The notes under the pieces: generated by a model
Database searches by the model: none
What the model was told of the DNA's origin: nothing
What the model saw: only the letters and a program-made list of their open reading frames with translations
Shown: positions 41,368-52,207 of the stretch, one piece after another
Numbering within the stretch: position 1 is the stretch's first letter
Layout of the letters: each line of letters begins with the position of its first letter
Translations under genes and position numbers: made by a program
Source: an uncultured Acidobacteriota bacterium
GTDB taxonomy: Bacteria; Acidobacteriota; UBA6911
Length of the DNA: 64,000 nucleotides
NCBI GenBank assembly: GCA_963827655.1
Contig: CAWHCF010000032.1
Coordinates: forward strand, 62,519 to 126,518
Direction: 5' to 3'

Positions 41368-42627
41368 CTATCGGTTCTGCCGGGCTGGAGGAACTCGCGT
41401 CGTCAGAGCGGATCCCGTCCCGGGCAGCCAAGACTGCGTGGCCTTCGCTGCATCGGAGACGTGCTTTGTCCTGGCGTCCGTGAACCAGCCGTTATGGATC
41501 GCCAGCATGATCACGAGCAGGCCGACGGCCGAGGCCGTGGCGATAGAGAAACCGCGCTGCACGCTGGTTCTGGCCGCATAGGCGCCGATCGCCGCTGGGA
41601 TCAGGACCCAGCCGATAGAGCCGATCGCAAAGAAGACGCCGACGGCGCGGCCGAAGAGCGCCACAGGAACGTGCTGGCTCAAGAGCGCGATCAAGGTGGG
41701 GAATACCGGCCCGAACACGAGCCCGGTCCCGATCACACCGATGATTGACAGTCGGCGGCTTCCGCTCACGACCATTGTCCCGAGCAGCACGATGCAGCCG
41801 ACCGCCAGCCAGGTGAGCACGAGACTCTCGCTTCCCGGCGGCAGGGTGAAGGCCGCCAGGAGCCGGCCGACCATGAAGGTCAGCCAGAAAAACGTCAGCA
41901 TGGCCGACGCGCGAGACTCACTGAGTCCCTGGTCGCTCAAGTAGGTCGTGGCCCAGGCCGCCACTGAGGACTCCAGCGGTCCGTAGAAGCAGAGCGCGAT
42001 TCCCAGGAGCCAGACCATCGGGTTGCCGAGCAAGTCCCTCGCGCCGGCGATCATGCCGATGGCGGGATCAAGGCTGTCGTGTTGGACGTGGAGGGCGATA
42101 GCGGCCGGGGGCAGGATCAGGAGCGCCAGAGCCACAAGGCCAGCGGTATAGCCTGCCTGCCGGATCAGCCCCGCCGCCAGCAGGGGGGTTACCAGTGCTC
42201 CGAGGCCGAAGAAGACGTTCAACAGGTTGAAAGCGAACGCCGGGCTGTGCGTTCCCTGCAGGGCGGGCGCGGTGAGGACGTTCGTGACGTTCACCAGGAC
42301 CGACCAGCCGCCGCTCAGCAGGAGGACCCCCAGCAAGGCTTGCCCGTACCGCCGGGCCAGGGCCAGCACAACCATGCTCCCGGTCATCACGCCGCCGCCG
42401 ACGACTATTACCCAACGCTTGTCGATCGCGTCGGTGGCGAACCCGGCAGCCAGGATGGCCGGACCCATGATGAAGCCGAACAGCGAGACCAGCCCTCCAA
42501 CGCGCGTCTCGTCGATCGCCAGTCGCTTGGCCAGCGCGAGCTTGATGCTTCCCAGGATCGCCACGCCGAAGCCTCCGACCATCCCGGCGAGGACGACCAT
42601 CCATTGAAACTCTCCCCAGCTGGTCAT
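41368..42627 (-). CDS. MFS transporter
   Basis: About 12 hydrophobic helices, motif-A-like GFATDAIDKR, FFGLGALVTP, GPVFPTL. Confidence 0.85.
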   Translation of the reverse strand: MTSWGEFQWMVVLAGMVGGFGVAILGSIKLALAKRLAIDETRVGGLVSLFGFIMGPAILAAGFATDAIDKRWVIVVGGGVMTGSMVVLALARRYGQALLGVLLLSGGWSVLVNVTNVLTAPALQGTHSPAFAFNLLNVFFGLGALVTPLLAAGLIRQAGYTAGLVALALLILPPAAIALHVQHDSLDPAIGMIAGARDLLGNPMVWLLGIALCFYGPLESSVAAWATTYLSDQGLSESRASAMLTFFWLTFMVGRLLAAFTLPPGSESLVLTWLAVGCIVLLGTMVVSGSRRLSIIGVIGTGLVFGPVFPTLIALLSQHVPVALFGRAVGVFFAIGSIGWVLIPAAIGAYAARTSVQRGFSIATASAVGLLVIMLAIHNGWFTDARTKHVSDAAKATQSWLPGTGSALTTRVPPARQNR

Positions 42628-42721
42628 GCGTGTTGGTCCGTTCGTACCAGCTTCAGCCTGACTGCGATTGACATTGGCGGCATCTTCCCGTCCGTTCCAC
42701 GCGTCCGGTCTTCGAATCGGC

Positions 42722-43564
42722 TCAGGGACCTACATACCCTTTGGCGGCGAGCATCTCGGCTACCTGGGTACCCTTCGTGGCGCAGGGCTGGAGCTCGACT
42801 GGCACAACGACGAGCGCTTCGGCCGACTCGCCGTAGGGCCCCCGGGCGAGGAGCTCGCCGCCCGGTCCCACCGCGAGCGAGCAGCCGATGCACTTTCGGC
42901 CGCGCCACGCGCCCCCATTAATCCTGCCGACGTTGCTCACGCCCACAACCGTCATGTCGTAGAGCCGTGCCAGGGTCGTGTAAGGGACCGTCCAGGTCTC
43001 CCCGTACGGCTCCTTCTGGTTGTCGTGGTCGGCCTCCACTGCCCAGGCCGAGGGGGAGACGAGGAGGCGCGCCCCCATACGGCCGAGCGAGTGGCCAAGC
43101 GCCAGTGAGCTCGAGAAGTTGTCGGCGCAGATTGTCAGGCCGATTCTTCCCAGTGCTGTTTCGGCGACGGAAAGGCGGTCGCCGGTCGCATAGAGATCGT
43201 GAGCAATCTCAAGTTCGTTGATCTTTCGGTGCTTCACCAGGATTTCGCCTTCGGGCGAGACGACGACGGCGCTATTGTAAATTCGCTCGCCGTCGCGCTC
43301 GGTGAGGCCCGCCGCGACGTAGATTCCCGCCTGTCGTGCTGCTCCTGCCAGGAGATCGCTGTGCCGGCCTGGGATAGGCTCGGCCAGCCGTCGGGCCTCG
43401 GGGTGCGCCCAGCCGGCGTCCAGACACTCGGGCAGGACCACGATGCGGCAACCCTGGGCGGCGGCGTCCTCGACCATGCGGACCGCGCGGCGGAGATTCT
43501 CGTCACGACACCCACCTTCGACGAGCATCTGGCCCATCGCCAACTTGAACCGGATGTTGTTCAT
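42722..43564 (-). CDS. Carbon-nitrogen hydrolase (nitrilase superfamily)
   Basis: E-K-C triad in VLPECL, KHRKIN, TICAD; IYNSAV. Confidence 0.9.
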   Translation of the reverse strand: MNNIRFKLAMGQMLVEGGCRDENLRRAVRMVEDAAAQGCRIVVLPECLDAGWAHPEARRLAEPIPGRHSDLLAGAARQAGIYVAAGLTERDGERIYNSAVVVSPEGEILVKHRKINELEIAHDLYATGDRLSVAETALGRIGLTICADNFSSSLALGHSLGRMGARLLVSPSAWAVEADHDNQKEPYGETWTVPYTTLARLYDMTVVGVSNVGRINGGAWRGRKCIGCSLAVGPGGELLARGPYGESAEALVVVPVELQPCATKGTQVAEMLAAKGYVGP

Positions 43565-43933
43565 CGGTCAACCGAGCGCGGCGCCTCGCCGCGCTCCTCC
43601 GGAAAACAGCCGCCAGAATACTCGATCCGCGCCGCCGTCGCCATCATTTCGGCGGACGACATGTTTTGCGGAGATTCTGCAAATTGCGACAACTCTGGCT
43701 TCTTCGATAGTGTAAGATCCAGTCGAGTTGCCATAAAAGCCAGGAAAAAGCGTCGTCGACGATGAGTACAACGCCCCACAGATTTTTTTGACGGGACACG
43801 AAGCCACTTGCCCGCGAAGACATTTTCGAGCCGCCGGTCGAACGACCGGAGACAGTCGAAGCCGTGAACTCCCATGCGCGCCGCGCTCGTGAATCCTCAT
43901 CCATGATCCCCGGAATCCAACAGGAAGGCTGAC

Positions 43934-45763
43934 ATGAAGGCGTCGGTTTGGTTCCTCGCACTCGGCCTGTTGCCGACATGCTCGGCGCAGGTAAGCATCT
44001 GGGCGGTGAGTGACAGCGTGCGTGTCAACCCCGTAACGGGAAAACTACTCGAAGATCGGACGGACATCCACAAGGACTATCCGACGGGCGACTACCGCTC
44101 CTCCAACAGCGTCTGGAATGCCTCGTCGAAGACGGTCTCTCTGAAAGCGGCGCGCAACGAGTTTGTTGCATTCCAATTGATCGTCGATGCTTCCCAGCCT
44201 GTGGCCCAGGTGGATATTGACGCGCTTGAGCTGGCGCATTCCTCGGGCATGCGACTCACCGGCCGCAACGTACAGCTTTTCAAGGAGTGGTACGTCGAAG
44301 TGCGGCGGCCCTCCACCGGATACGAGGGCACGTCCCTTGGACCGGCCTGGTACCCGGACGCATTGCTTCCGAAGCGGCCCGCGAGGCTGAACACGGGCTT
44401 CCCCTTCTCGATTCCCGACCTGTACAACAACATCCCCGGCCAGAAGAACCATGCGGTGTGGGTGGATGTGTACGTGCCTGACGATCGAGCTGCCGCGCCG
44501 CCGGGGCGCTACTCTGGAAAGCTCCAGGTTCGCTGGAAAGGCGGACAGGACGCTATCGACGTCGCTCTCGACGTCTGGGATTTTGCGCTGTCTCACGAAA
44601 GCCATCTCAAAGGCGACATCTGGAACGGTTCGATGCGGCAGATGGAGCCGGCCGAAGAGCTGCTCTATTACCAGTTGGCCCGGCAGCATCGTTTTCACCC
44701 GCTGATCTATGCCTATCGCCCGAAGCTGAGCGTCTCGGGAACCAATGTCTCTCTGGACTGGACCGAGTACGACGAAAGAATCTCGCGCTACCTCGATGGC
44801 TCGGCGTTCACCGAGAAGCACGGCTATTGGGGCCCGGGGTACGGCGTTCCGGTCTCGCACATGATGCTGCCCTTTGATATCGAGAAGGGGGAGGCGAAGA
44901 CGGGCGCGTGGCCCATGCCGTTGCCTGCCGCCGGCCGCACGCCGGAGTACGAGGCGGCATGGAAAGAGGTTGCCCGGCAGGTTCGAGCGCACCTCGACAG
45001 CAAGCCGGAATGGCGCAAGGTGATGAAGGTCGCTTTCCTCAATGGACTCGATGAATCGTACAACGAGGCCGCCTACGAAAAGATGCTCTATTACGGCAAG
45101 CTGCTGCACGACGCGATGGGCCGCGGATGGTTCAAATACCGCGTCGATGGCGGCTATTCCCGCGAGGCGATGGAGAAACTCTCAGCCGAGGTTGAATTGT
45201 GGGTATGCCACACAGTCTCGTTCGATGCTGATACAGTCGACTACTTCCGCAAGCGTGGCGTCGAGGCCTGGTTCTACGGCCCGATGATCTATGAACAGCG
45301 CCGGAACTCCGGGTGCGGCTCCAATACTTTCCTCGACCTCGATCTGCTGGTCAATCGCGCCATCGGCTGGGTAGGTTGGAAATACCGCTCGGGTTGGGTG
45401 GAGTGGGAGTTCGACTGGAACGCCTACGCCTCCTGGTACGAAGCCGAGAACTTCAAGGAGCCCGGTCGGGTCTTTAACGGCTCGGGCCAACTCATCTATC
45501 GCGGCGCTGTCATGGGTTACCGACACCCGATCGCCAGCATCCGCCTCAAGGCACAGCGGCGCGGGTTGCAGGATCACGAATACTTCTGGCTTCTCGCCGG
45601 GCGCACCGGCAGCAAGGACGCCTCGGACGCGCTCGTGAACGGCGTGATCTACAAGAAGCCCTTCGGGAAGGCCGCCATGCTCGACACCGAGATCTGGAAG
45701 AACAACCCCGATCTGTGGGACCAGGCTCGGAATGCCGCAGGCGCCAGGATCGCAGCCAAGTAG
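43934..45763 (+). CDS. Exported glycoside-hydrolase-like protein (DUF4091/GH123-like)
   Basis: Signal peptide; LKAARNEFVAFQL, WYPDALLP, VWVDVYVP, PGRYSG, VWDFAL, LDE, GQLIYRG, ASIRLKAQRRGLQDHEY. Confidence 0.65.
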   Translation: MKASVWFLALGLLPTCSAQVSIWAVSDSVRVNPVTGKLLEDRTDIHKDYPTGDYRSSNSVWNASSKTVSLKAARNEFVAFQLIVDASQPVAQVDIDALELAHSSGMRLTGRNVQLFKEWYVEVRRPSTGYEGTSLGPAWYPDALLPKRPARLNTGFPFSIPDLYNNIPGQKNHAVWVDVYVPDDRAAAPPGRYSGKLQVRWKGGQDAIDVALDVWDFALSHESHLKGDIWNGSMRQMEPAEELLYYQLARQHRFHPLIYAYRPKLSVSGTNVSLDWTEYDERISRYLDGSAFTEKHGYWGPGYGVPVSHMMLPFDIEKGEAKTGAWPMPLPAAGRTPEYEAAWKEVARQVRAHLDSKPEWRKVMKVAFLNGLDESYNEAAYEKMLYYGKLLHDAMGRGWFKYRVDGGYSREAMEKLSAEVELWVCHTVSFDADTVDYFRKRGVEAWFYGPMIYEQRRNSGCGSNTFLDLDLLVNRAIGWVGWKYRSGWVEWEFDWNAYASWYEAENFKEPGRVFNGSGQLIYRGAVMGYRHPIASIRLKAQRRGLQDHEYFWLLAGRTGSKDASDALVNGVIYKKPFGKAAMLDTEIWKNNPDLWDQARNAAGARIAAK

Positions 45764-46096
45764 CGGTCAGCCTTTTCCGGCGATCAATCCGACACCCGGT
45801 CCGCGCTTGGCCGCGCCGACCTGCAAGATTACGCGCCATGAGGGACCGCTCGTGCGACCCGGTGCGGGGTGATCACGCCATTGATCTTCGAATGCGAGCT
45901 TGCCCCCAACAACGCCGTCCGAAAAGATCCTGATCCGCGTGACGCGCTTCAACGATTTTAACAGCCTCACCTGAACCGGGCGTTTGTGCCAAGAATATTG
46001 GACGATCGATCAAGTAATCACGACCCTGCTGGCCGTATAGTAGGAAGCGTATCGCGAGAAGTACGGATCAAGACAAGCATGAAAGGAGGCTCCAGC

Positions 46097-46930
46097 ATGG
46101 ATACGACTGGGAAAGAGACACAGACGACCAAAGATTTGGACCAGCTCAAGATTCGTCTGAAGACGACATGGATGACGGGAGACTACGACCTTTTCTCCCG
46201 CTATCTCGAAAAGGACGCGGAGCAGTTTTTCCGGCGGCTCGGCGTCACACCGGGAACGCGGCTGCTTGATGTCGGCTGCGGTGCCGGGCAAATCGCCCTG
46301 ATTGCCGCAAGGGCGGGCGCACAGGTTATCGGCTGCGACATTTCCACCAACTGGCTCGAGAAAGCCAGGGACCGCGCGGCCGCCGAGGGACTTGAGATCA
46401 CCTTTGAAGAAGCCGATGCCGAATCGCTGCCGTATCGAGATGCTCAGTTTGACGCAGTGGTCAGCCTGCTCGGGGCGATGTTCGCGCCTCGACCGGATCG
46501 GGTTGCGGCCGAACTCACCCGCGTGTGCCGGCCAGGCGGTATGATTGCCATGGCTAATTGGACACCCGGCGGGTTCATCGGGCAAATGTTCAAAACGATT
46601 TCCAAGCATATCGCTCCGTCCGGCATGCCCGCGCCGGTGCTGTGGGGAGATGAAGCTACCGTTCGCGATCGTCTCCGTGAAGGAATTGCCGATCTGAAGT
46701 GTACCCTTCGCATCTATCACTTTGATTATCCGTTCAGCCCGGATGGAGTAGTGGAATTCTACCGTGCCAACTACGGTCCAATGTCACGCGCGTTTGCATC
46801 TCTCGACGTGAACGGGCAGGAGACGCTGCGGAGTGAACTTGTGCGACTATGGTCCGCACATAACAACGCCGTTGGTGATGCCACCAAGGTCGACGCCGAA
46901 TACCTCGAGGTAATTGCGACTCGCGGCTGA
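46097..46930 (+). CDS. Class I SAM-dependent methyltransferase
   Basis: WMTGDY, LLDVGCGAG, ADAESLPY, GAMFAP, RVCRPGG.I.MANWTP; AGGAGG RBS. Confidence 0.9.
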   Translation: MDTTGKETQTTKDLDQLKIRLKTTWMTGDYDLFSRYLEKDAEQFFRRLGVTPGTRLLDVGCGAGQIALIAARAGAQVIGCDISTNWLEKARDRAAAEGLEITFEEADAESLPYRDAQFDAVVSLLGAMFAPRPDRVAAELTRVCRPGGMIAMANWTPGGFIGQMFKTISKHIAPSGMPAPVLWGDEATVRDRLREGIADLKCTLRIYHFDYPFSPDGVVEFYRANYGPMSRAFASLDVNGQETLRSELVRLWSAHNNAVGDATKVDAEYLEVIATRG

Positions 46931-47035
46931 GGGATTGCTCCTCGTGAGAGATGGAGGTGTCAGTCCTGGGATTAAATGATCGATGACCGAGGGGCCATTG
47001 TCGTCGACGTTGTCGGTCTGCCGGCGCGTAGACAC

Positions 47036-48343
47036 TCAGCGCTTGGCCGCCACCACCTTGAACGCCTCGTCCACTACCTCGAGTGTCTGATCCACGTCCG
47101 CGTCCGTATGCGCGATCGAGATATAGAACTTCTCGTTCGGATTCACCAGCAGTCCCCGCCTCAGCAGCTCCATCCCCCACTTCAGACCCAGCGCGGGGTC
47201 GTGCTTCTGCAGATCCATCCATGTCTTCGGCCGTGGCCCATCGATGAACCGTACCCCAAACACTGCATCCTCTCCCAGCGCCTGCGTCGGGAGGCCATGG
47301 CGCTTTCCCGACTCCTCGATCCCCGCTCGCAGCCTTCCACCAATCCGGCTCAAGCCCTCGTACGTCCCCGGCCTCGACAAAACGTCCAGTGCCGCGTTTC
47401 CTGCCGATGCGCTGATCGGGTTCCCATTCAGCGTCCCGCTCGCCCACGCCAGGTTCGTTCGCTCCGTGCGCCGTGCGTCCAGTGGCGCGAGCATCTCGGC
47501 TTTCCCACCGATGCAAGCCATCGGGAACCCACCCGCCATCGCCTTCCCGTAGGTCGCCAGGTCCGGCATCACTCCGTACTTCTCCTGCGCCCCACCCCAC
47601 GCGATCCGAAATCCCGTCACGATCTCATCGAAGATCAGCACGATCCCGTAGCGGGACGTCACCTCCCGCAGCGCTTCCAGGAACCCGGGCTCCGGGAGCA
47701 GTACGCGCTGCAGCGGCTCGACCAGCACCGCCGCCAGCTCATGCGCGTGCTTCTCGATCAGGGGTACCGTGCGCTCCACGTCGTTGAAAGGCGCCACCAG
47801 CACCTGTTCCCCGACTTCCGGTGGGATGCCCGTCGAATCCGGCTTCGCGCGCGGGTAGTCGCTCGGCGCCGATGGCACCGTTCCCCACAGTGCGTAGTCG
47901 TGCATCCCGTGCCACCCACCCTCCAGCTTCATGATTTTCGGCCGGCCCGTCAACGAGCGCGCCACCCGAAGCGCAAAGAACGTTGCTTCCGTGCCCGACC
48001 CCGTGAACTGCACCTGCTCCGCGCACGGGATAGCCTCCACCAGCCGCTCTGCCAGGCGCACGACCTGCTCGTTCAGGAAGTAGTACGTCGTTCCCTTCGG
48101 CAGCTGCGCTGAGACCGCCTCCGTGATGGCCGGGTGCGCGTGCCCCAACAGCGCCGGTCCCGACCCCATGTGGTAGTCGATGTACTCCTTCCCCGCCACG
48201 GACCTGATCCGAGACCCACTCCCCTCACGAATTACAAGATTGACCTCCGGCGGCAGCGTGAACAACCCCAGCCCACCCCCGGCCAAATAACTGTCCGCCT
48301 TCCCAAGCAGCTCGTCCTGTTGCGTGCCAACTGTTGTACTCAT
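47036..48343 (-). CDS. Class III aminotransferase, glutamate-1-semialdehyde aminomutase-like
   Basis: GKEYIDY, LLGHAHP, SGTEAT, GGWHG, LIFDEIVTGFR, PDLATYGKAMAGG, GTLNGNP. Confidence 0.9.
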   Translation of the reverse strand: MSTTVGTQQDELLGKADSYLAGGGLGLFTLPPEVNLVIREGSGSRIRSVAGKEYIDYHMGSGPALLGHAHPAITEAVSAQLPKGTTYYFLNEQVVRLAERLVEAIPCAEQVQFTGSGTEATFFALRVARSLTGRPKIMKLEGGWHGMHDYALWGTVPSAPSDYPRAKPDSTGIPPEVGEQVLVAPFNDVERTVPLIEKHAHELAAVLVEPLQRVLLPEPGFLEALREVTSRYGIVLIFDEIVTGFRIAWGGAQEKYGVMPDLATYGKAMAGGFPMACIGGKAEMLAPLDARRTERTNLAWASGTLNGNPISASAGNAALDVLSRPGTYEGLSRIGGRLRAGIEESGKRHGLPTQALGEDAVFGVRFIDGPRPKTWMDLQKHDPALGLKWGMELLRRGLLVNPNEKFYISIAHTDADVDQTLEVVDEAFKVVAAKR

Positions 48344-48845
48344 CCTCGCCTCCTTTGGGGCCTTTTAGCGCCGCGTAGCTGGTAGCACAGGAAAGTGACC
48401 CCTAAGCGGAACATTGCCGTACTCGTCAGACACATAGCGACCGGTTCACCGGTATGGAAGAGGCCGCTCGCCGCTACCCCACACAGCCGGATCATCGTCG
48501 CATTCTACTTCAATGACACTTCCAGAGTCCTTGAGGCGACGACTTCATCCGATCCGCGAACCTGTGAGTATCGGTAACCCTCCGGCCGCTGCGCGCTCCC
48601 CATCACGTCCGTGAATTGCATTTTACATCGATGAATGCCTGTGGGCGCCCGGTTTTCGCACACCTCCTCCTTCGAGCTCGAATTTCTGGTGGTCACCCGT
48701 TCGGAGAATCAGCTGTTCGTCGATATCGCCGTCCGGTGATGCGGCACTTCACGCATTGCGGAACCTACCGTTATACGGACAAATGGCTCAGGGATCCCGT
48801 GCTTCCGGAGCACGGGGGGTGATGGGAGCATCCGCTTCGCCCGCC

Positions 48846-51473
48846 TCATTCACTCCGCAGTGCGACGATCGGATCAGCATGGGCCGCCCGTCGAGCCGGT
48901 CCATAGCATGCAATCAGGGCGGCAAGCAGAAGGAGCACCGCAACGGCTAGGAATGTCAATGGATCGCGCGCGCTAACGCCGAACAACAGAGCGTCGAGCA
49001 CACGTGTCAGCCCCATTGCACCGCCAAGGCCAGTGGCAACACCGATCAGCGCCAAGCCGAGTCCCTGGGCCAGTACGAGCTTGAGCAGATTGCCAGGTCG
49101 CGCACCCAAAGCCATGCGCACGCCAAACTCCTGGCGGCGAAGAGTCACCAGATACGCGAGCACACCGTAGATCCCAATCATGCCGAGTGCCAGCGCCACG
49201 CCGGCCAACAGTGCAAGCACCCATGTTCTGATCCGAGCGGGGGCCGAACTGTTCTCCACCCAGTCCCGCATAGATCGGTAGCCATAGGCCGGCAAGTTCG
49301 GATCGATCTCCCAAAGTCTTTCTCTGATCAGGGTGGCGGCGGCTTCGGGGGATCCATCGTGGGTCCGCACGAACAAGGCGAAGACTGCAAAGCGACCGCC
49401 CTGCGATATGGGAAGGTAGACAACGTGGCCTGGAGGATCGGTGATGTTTTTCATGCGAACGTCGCCGACTACCCCTATAACCTCCCCCACAGCGTCATTA
49501 ACTCGGAGTGGACGGCCGACCGGATCTTCGGCGCCGTACAGGCTCCGGGCGGCCTCCTGGCTGAGTACGAACACACGCTGTCTGTCGGGCCCATCCTCTG
49601 GGCCGAAGACGCGGCCGCGAAGAACGGGGATGCGAAGAGCCACAAAGAAGCCGGCATCCACGGACCGCCACTCGCAGTCAATTGATTGCCCCACCGACGG
49701 GTCAGACGGTGCGACCGCGGCAGCACTGCCCAGCGTGCGGGATCCGGGACCGAGTGGGATGGCGCTGGAGACCCCGGCGGAGCTCACGCCGGGCGCAGAC
49801 CGGAGTGCGTCGGTCAAGCGAGACAGCAACGCCGAGATCGCCGCTCCAGTCTCGTATCTCGGTCTTGGCAGTGCGATCCGCGCCGTGAGCACGTTGTCCG
49901 GATCGACGCCCAGCGAAACTTGTTGTAGACGCGCAAAGCTCTGTATCAGCAGCCCTGCTCCTATCAGAAGCACAGTTGCCAGCGACACCTGCGCGACCAC
50001 CAGCAGCGCCCGTAGGCGCGTGCGCGGTGCGGGTTGCGAAGTTCGGCCCGCTTGGTGCAGCGAGTCAAGACTCCGCATCCTCCCAAGTTGCACAATTGGA
50101 GCCATTCCGAAAAGCAGACCCGTGATGAGGGATATTCCGAGGGCAAAACCGAGCACGTTCAGATCAATAGAGACCTTGTCCGCCCGAGGAACGATCTCGA
50201 CGAGGTATTGTCGGGCGATCCGAACCATAGCGCCACCTAAAGCAACGCCGAGTGCTCCACCGGCGAGCGACAGCAGCACGCTTTCGGTAAACAGTTGCCG
50301 TGAGATCCGGGCTGTTCCAGCACCAAGGGCTGCGCGGATAGCGATCTCCTTGCGCCGAGCCTCCGCCCGCGCCAGTAGCAAGTTTGCCACGTTCGCGCAG
50401 GCGATGAGCATTGCCATTCCAACCGCTCCAAGCAGCACGGTCAGCGCGGTGCGAATCTCCAGTGGAATGAGCCACTGCAGGAGTGGCACGACTGCGACAC
50501 TCCAGCCCTTGTTCGATCCGGGGAACTGCCGCTCCAGTTCGCGAGCGATCGAAAGCATGTCCGCCCGCGCGTGCTGTAATGTGAAACTGGGCCTGAGGCG
50601 TCCGATCACGGTGTACTGGCGATTCCCCCGATTCGCATTCGGATCGATGATCAGTGGAACCCAGAGATCAGGCGCCGATGGAACCGTAAGCCCTGGGGAC
50701 GCTACACCGATAACGGTATAAGGCTCTCCATTCAGGAGTAGCTTGCGACCGACCACGTCACTATCCTGGCCAAACCGTCGTTTCCAGAACACCTCGCTCA
50801 AAACGGCCACTCGATGCTGACCGGGCCGCTGCTCGTCTTCGACGAACCAGCGGCCCATACGCACTGTCGTTCCCAGGACGGGCAGAAAGGACGAGGTAGC
50901 TGCGATGCCTTCGAGTCGCTCCGGCTCACCGTCCCCGGTCCAGTTCGGGGCATACCCCTGGAAGGCCGCAAGTTCCAGGCTGCGCGCCTGGTCCTTCCAT
51001 GACAGATAGTTCGGCACCGACGCGGAAAAGGTCCACAGATTACGGCTTGGATTGGTTTCGTAAATGCGCACGAGTTGATCCGGCTCGCGCACCTGCAGCG
51101 GGCGGAGCATCACGGCGTGGACAATGCTGTACATGGCAGTATTGGCGCCGATGCCAAGAGCCAGCGTCACTACGGCGACCGTCGTGAATCCCGGGTTCTT
51201 CCGCAATATGCGGGTAGCGTAGCGCAGATCCTGTGCCAGACTCTCCACTGAAGGAAGGCTTCTTCGATCTCGATACTTTTCCTTGGTTGACTCGATACTA
51301 CCAAATTTTAGGAGTGCGTCCCGACGCGCATCCTCGGGATTCATGCCGGCCCGGAGATTATCTTCAATATGGAGTTGCAGGTGGCTCTCAATTTCTTCAG
51401 ACAGCTCGCGATCGCGCCACTCCTTTTGAAACAGGCCGGCAAACCGCAGGAAGAAAGCACGTATTCGTTTCAT
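48846..51473 (-). CDS. ADOP-type duplicated permease with N-terminal helical prefix (module 1)
   Basis: Prefix RELSEEIESHLQL....GMNPEDARRDALLKFG; DLRYATRILRKNPGFT; two FtsX repeats; DPIVALRSE; start overlaps PadR stop (TGATG). Confidence 0.92.
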   Translation of the reverse strand: MKRIRAFFLRFAGLFQKEWRDRELSEEIESHLQLHIEDNLRAGMNPEDARRDALLKFGSIESTKEKYRDRRSLPSVESLAQDLRYATRILRKNPGFTTVAVVTLALGIGANTAMYSIVHAVMLRPLQVREPDQLVRIYETNPSRNLWTFSASVPNYLSWKDQARSLELAAFQGYAPNWTGDGEPERLEGIAATSSFLPVLGTTVRMGRWFVEDEQRPGQHRVAVLSEVFWKRRFGQDSDVVGRKLLLNGEPYTVIGVASPGLTVPSAPDLWVPLIIDPNANRGNRQYTVIGRLRPSFTLQHARADMLSIARELERQFPGSNKGWSVAVVPLLQWLIPLEIRTALTVLLGAVGMAMLIACANVANLLLARAEARRKEIAIRAALGAGTARISRQLFTESVLLSLAGGALGVALGGAMVRIARQYLVEIVPRADKVSIDLNVLGFALGISLITGLLFGMAPIVQLGRMRSLDSLHQAGRTSQPAPRTRLRALLVVAQVSLATVLLIGAGLLIQSFARLQQVSLGVDPDNVLTARIALPRPRYETGAAISALLSRLTDALRSAPGVSSAGVSSAIPLGPGSRTLGSAAAVAPSDPSVGQSIDCEWRSVDAGFFVALRIPVLRGRVFGPEDGPDRQRVFVLSQEAARSLYGAEDPVGRPLRVNDAVGEVIGVVGDVRMKNITDPPGHVVYLPISQGGRFAVFALFVRTHDGSPEAAATLIRERLWEIDPNLPAYGYRSMRDWVENSSAPARIRTWVLALLAGVALALGMIGIYGVLAYLVTLRRQEFGVRMALGARPGNLLKLVLAQGLGLALIGVATGLGGAMGLTRVLDALLFGVSARDPLTFLAVAVLLLLAALIACYGPARRAAHADPIVALRSE

Positions 51474-51814
51474 CAACGTTCCTCTCCAGGGGACAGGAAA
51501 CGTGCCATGATCCCAGTTGTTTGCTCCCATTGACGCGCTTCCTTCTCAAGCTGCTTCCGCCCGGCTCGTGTCAAGCGATAGTATTTGGCTTTGCGATTGT
51601 TATCAGAAACTCCCCATTCCGAGGAGATGTAACCCTCCTGCTCCAGTTTGAGAAGCGCCGGATACAGGGTACCGTAGTTCACCAACAGCAAACCGCCGCT
51701 GGTTTGCTCGATCCGGCGAGCGATTCCGTAGCCGTGGAGAGGCCCCATTGTTTCGAGGGTCCTCAGCGCCATAAGGGCGAGCGTCCCTTGCCAAACGTCC
51801 GCCTTCTTATCCAT
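51473..51814 (-). CDS. Acidobacterial-type PadR regulator (module 1)
   Basis: QGTLALMAL, HGYGIARRI, GTLYPAL, EWGVSDNNRKAKYY. Confidence 0.92.
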   Translation of the reverse strand: MDKKADVWQGTLALMALRTLETMGPLHGYGIARRIEQTSGGLLLVNYGTLYPALLKLEQEGYISSEWGVSDNNRKAKYYRLTRAGRKQLEKEARQWEQTTGIMARFLSPGEER

Positions 51815-51824
51815 CACTCTCCCT

Positions 51825-51876
51825 CCTATTTGATGCCAATATCAGCCTGGCACACTTCCTATGGGAATGCAATAGG
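51825..51876 (-). promoter_or_regulatory. Promoter and twin operators, module 1
   Basis: Minus strand TTGCAT-N17-CAGGCT; palindromes CCTATTGC-ATT-CCCATAGG over -35 and GATATTGG-CAT-CAAATAGG after -10. Confidence 0.65.
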
Positions 51877-51965
51877 TAGGATCACAAACCGATATCACGT
51901 CCTGCACACGAAAACCCCTGCTTTGGATTGCCGGCGCCCGTCCGTTCGGCGGCCACCTCGATGGC

Positions 51966-52089
51966 GGATGGATAGTCGGCAAATCGGAAAGTGGAGCGGA
52001 GCCGAGATGGGTCCTTGCGGATGCCCGCCACTTGTACGGTTTGCCCCTAAAACGTCAACTTGACTTGATTTTGATAAACATTAGGCGAC
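51966..52089 (+). repeat. ADOP-associated palindromic element copy B
   Basis: ATAGTCGGCAAATCGGAAAGTGGAGCGGA...GGATGCCCGCCACTTGTACGGTTTGCCCCTAAAACGTCAACT...TAAACATTAGGCGAC. Confidence 0.75.
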
Positions 52090-52150
52090 TGATCCTATCC
52101 ACAAAAGCCTTTTACGCGCGCGGCTAGTGCCTGGCTGCGAGTACGAAGAG

Positions 52151-52207
52151 TGTTGTTGACATTCGACACCAGCGCGCGATAACATGTTGTCGAGATTCGA
52201 CAACATG
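52151..52207 (+). promoter_or_regulatory. Promoter and twin operators, module 2
   Basis: TTGACA(52156)-N18-TAACAT; TGTTGA-CAT-TCGACA over -35; perfect CATGTTGTCGA-GAT-TCGACAACATG (52183-52207) ending in the start codon. Confidence 0.75.

Noticed and set aside
47036-48343. Calling the aminotransferase hemL
   Set aside because: Family motifs are present, but there is no heme-pathway context and the N-terminus is divergent
48725-48800. Possible further degenerate palindromic element (ATCGCC...TACGGACAAATGGC) downstream of permease module 1
   Set aside because: Only two short blocks match, too weak to call by eye; worth rescoring with a covariance model
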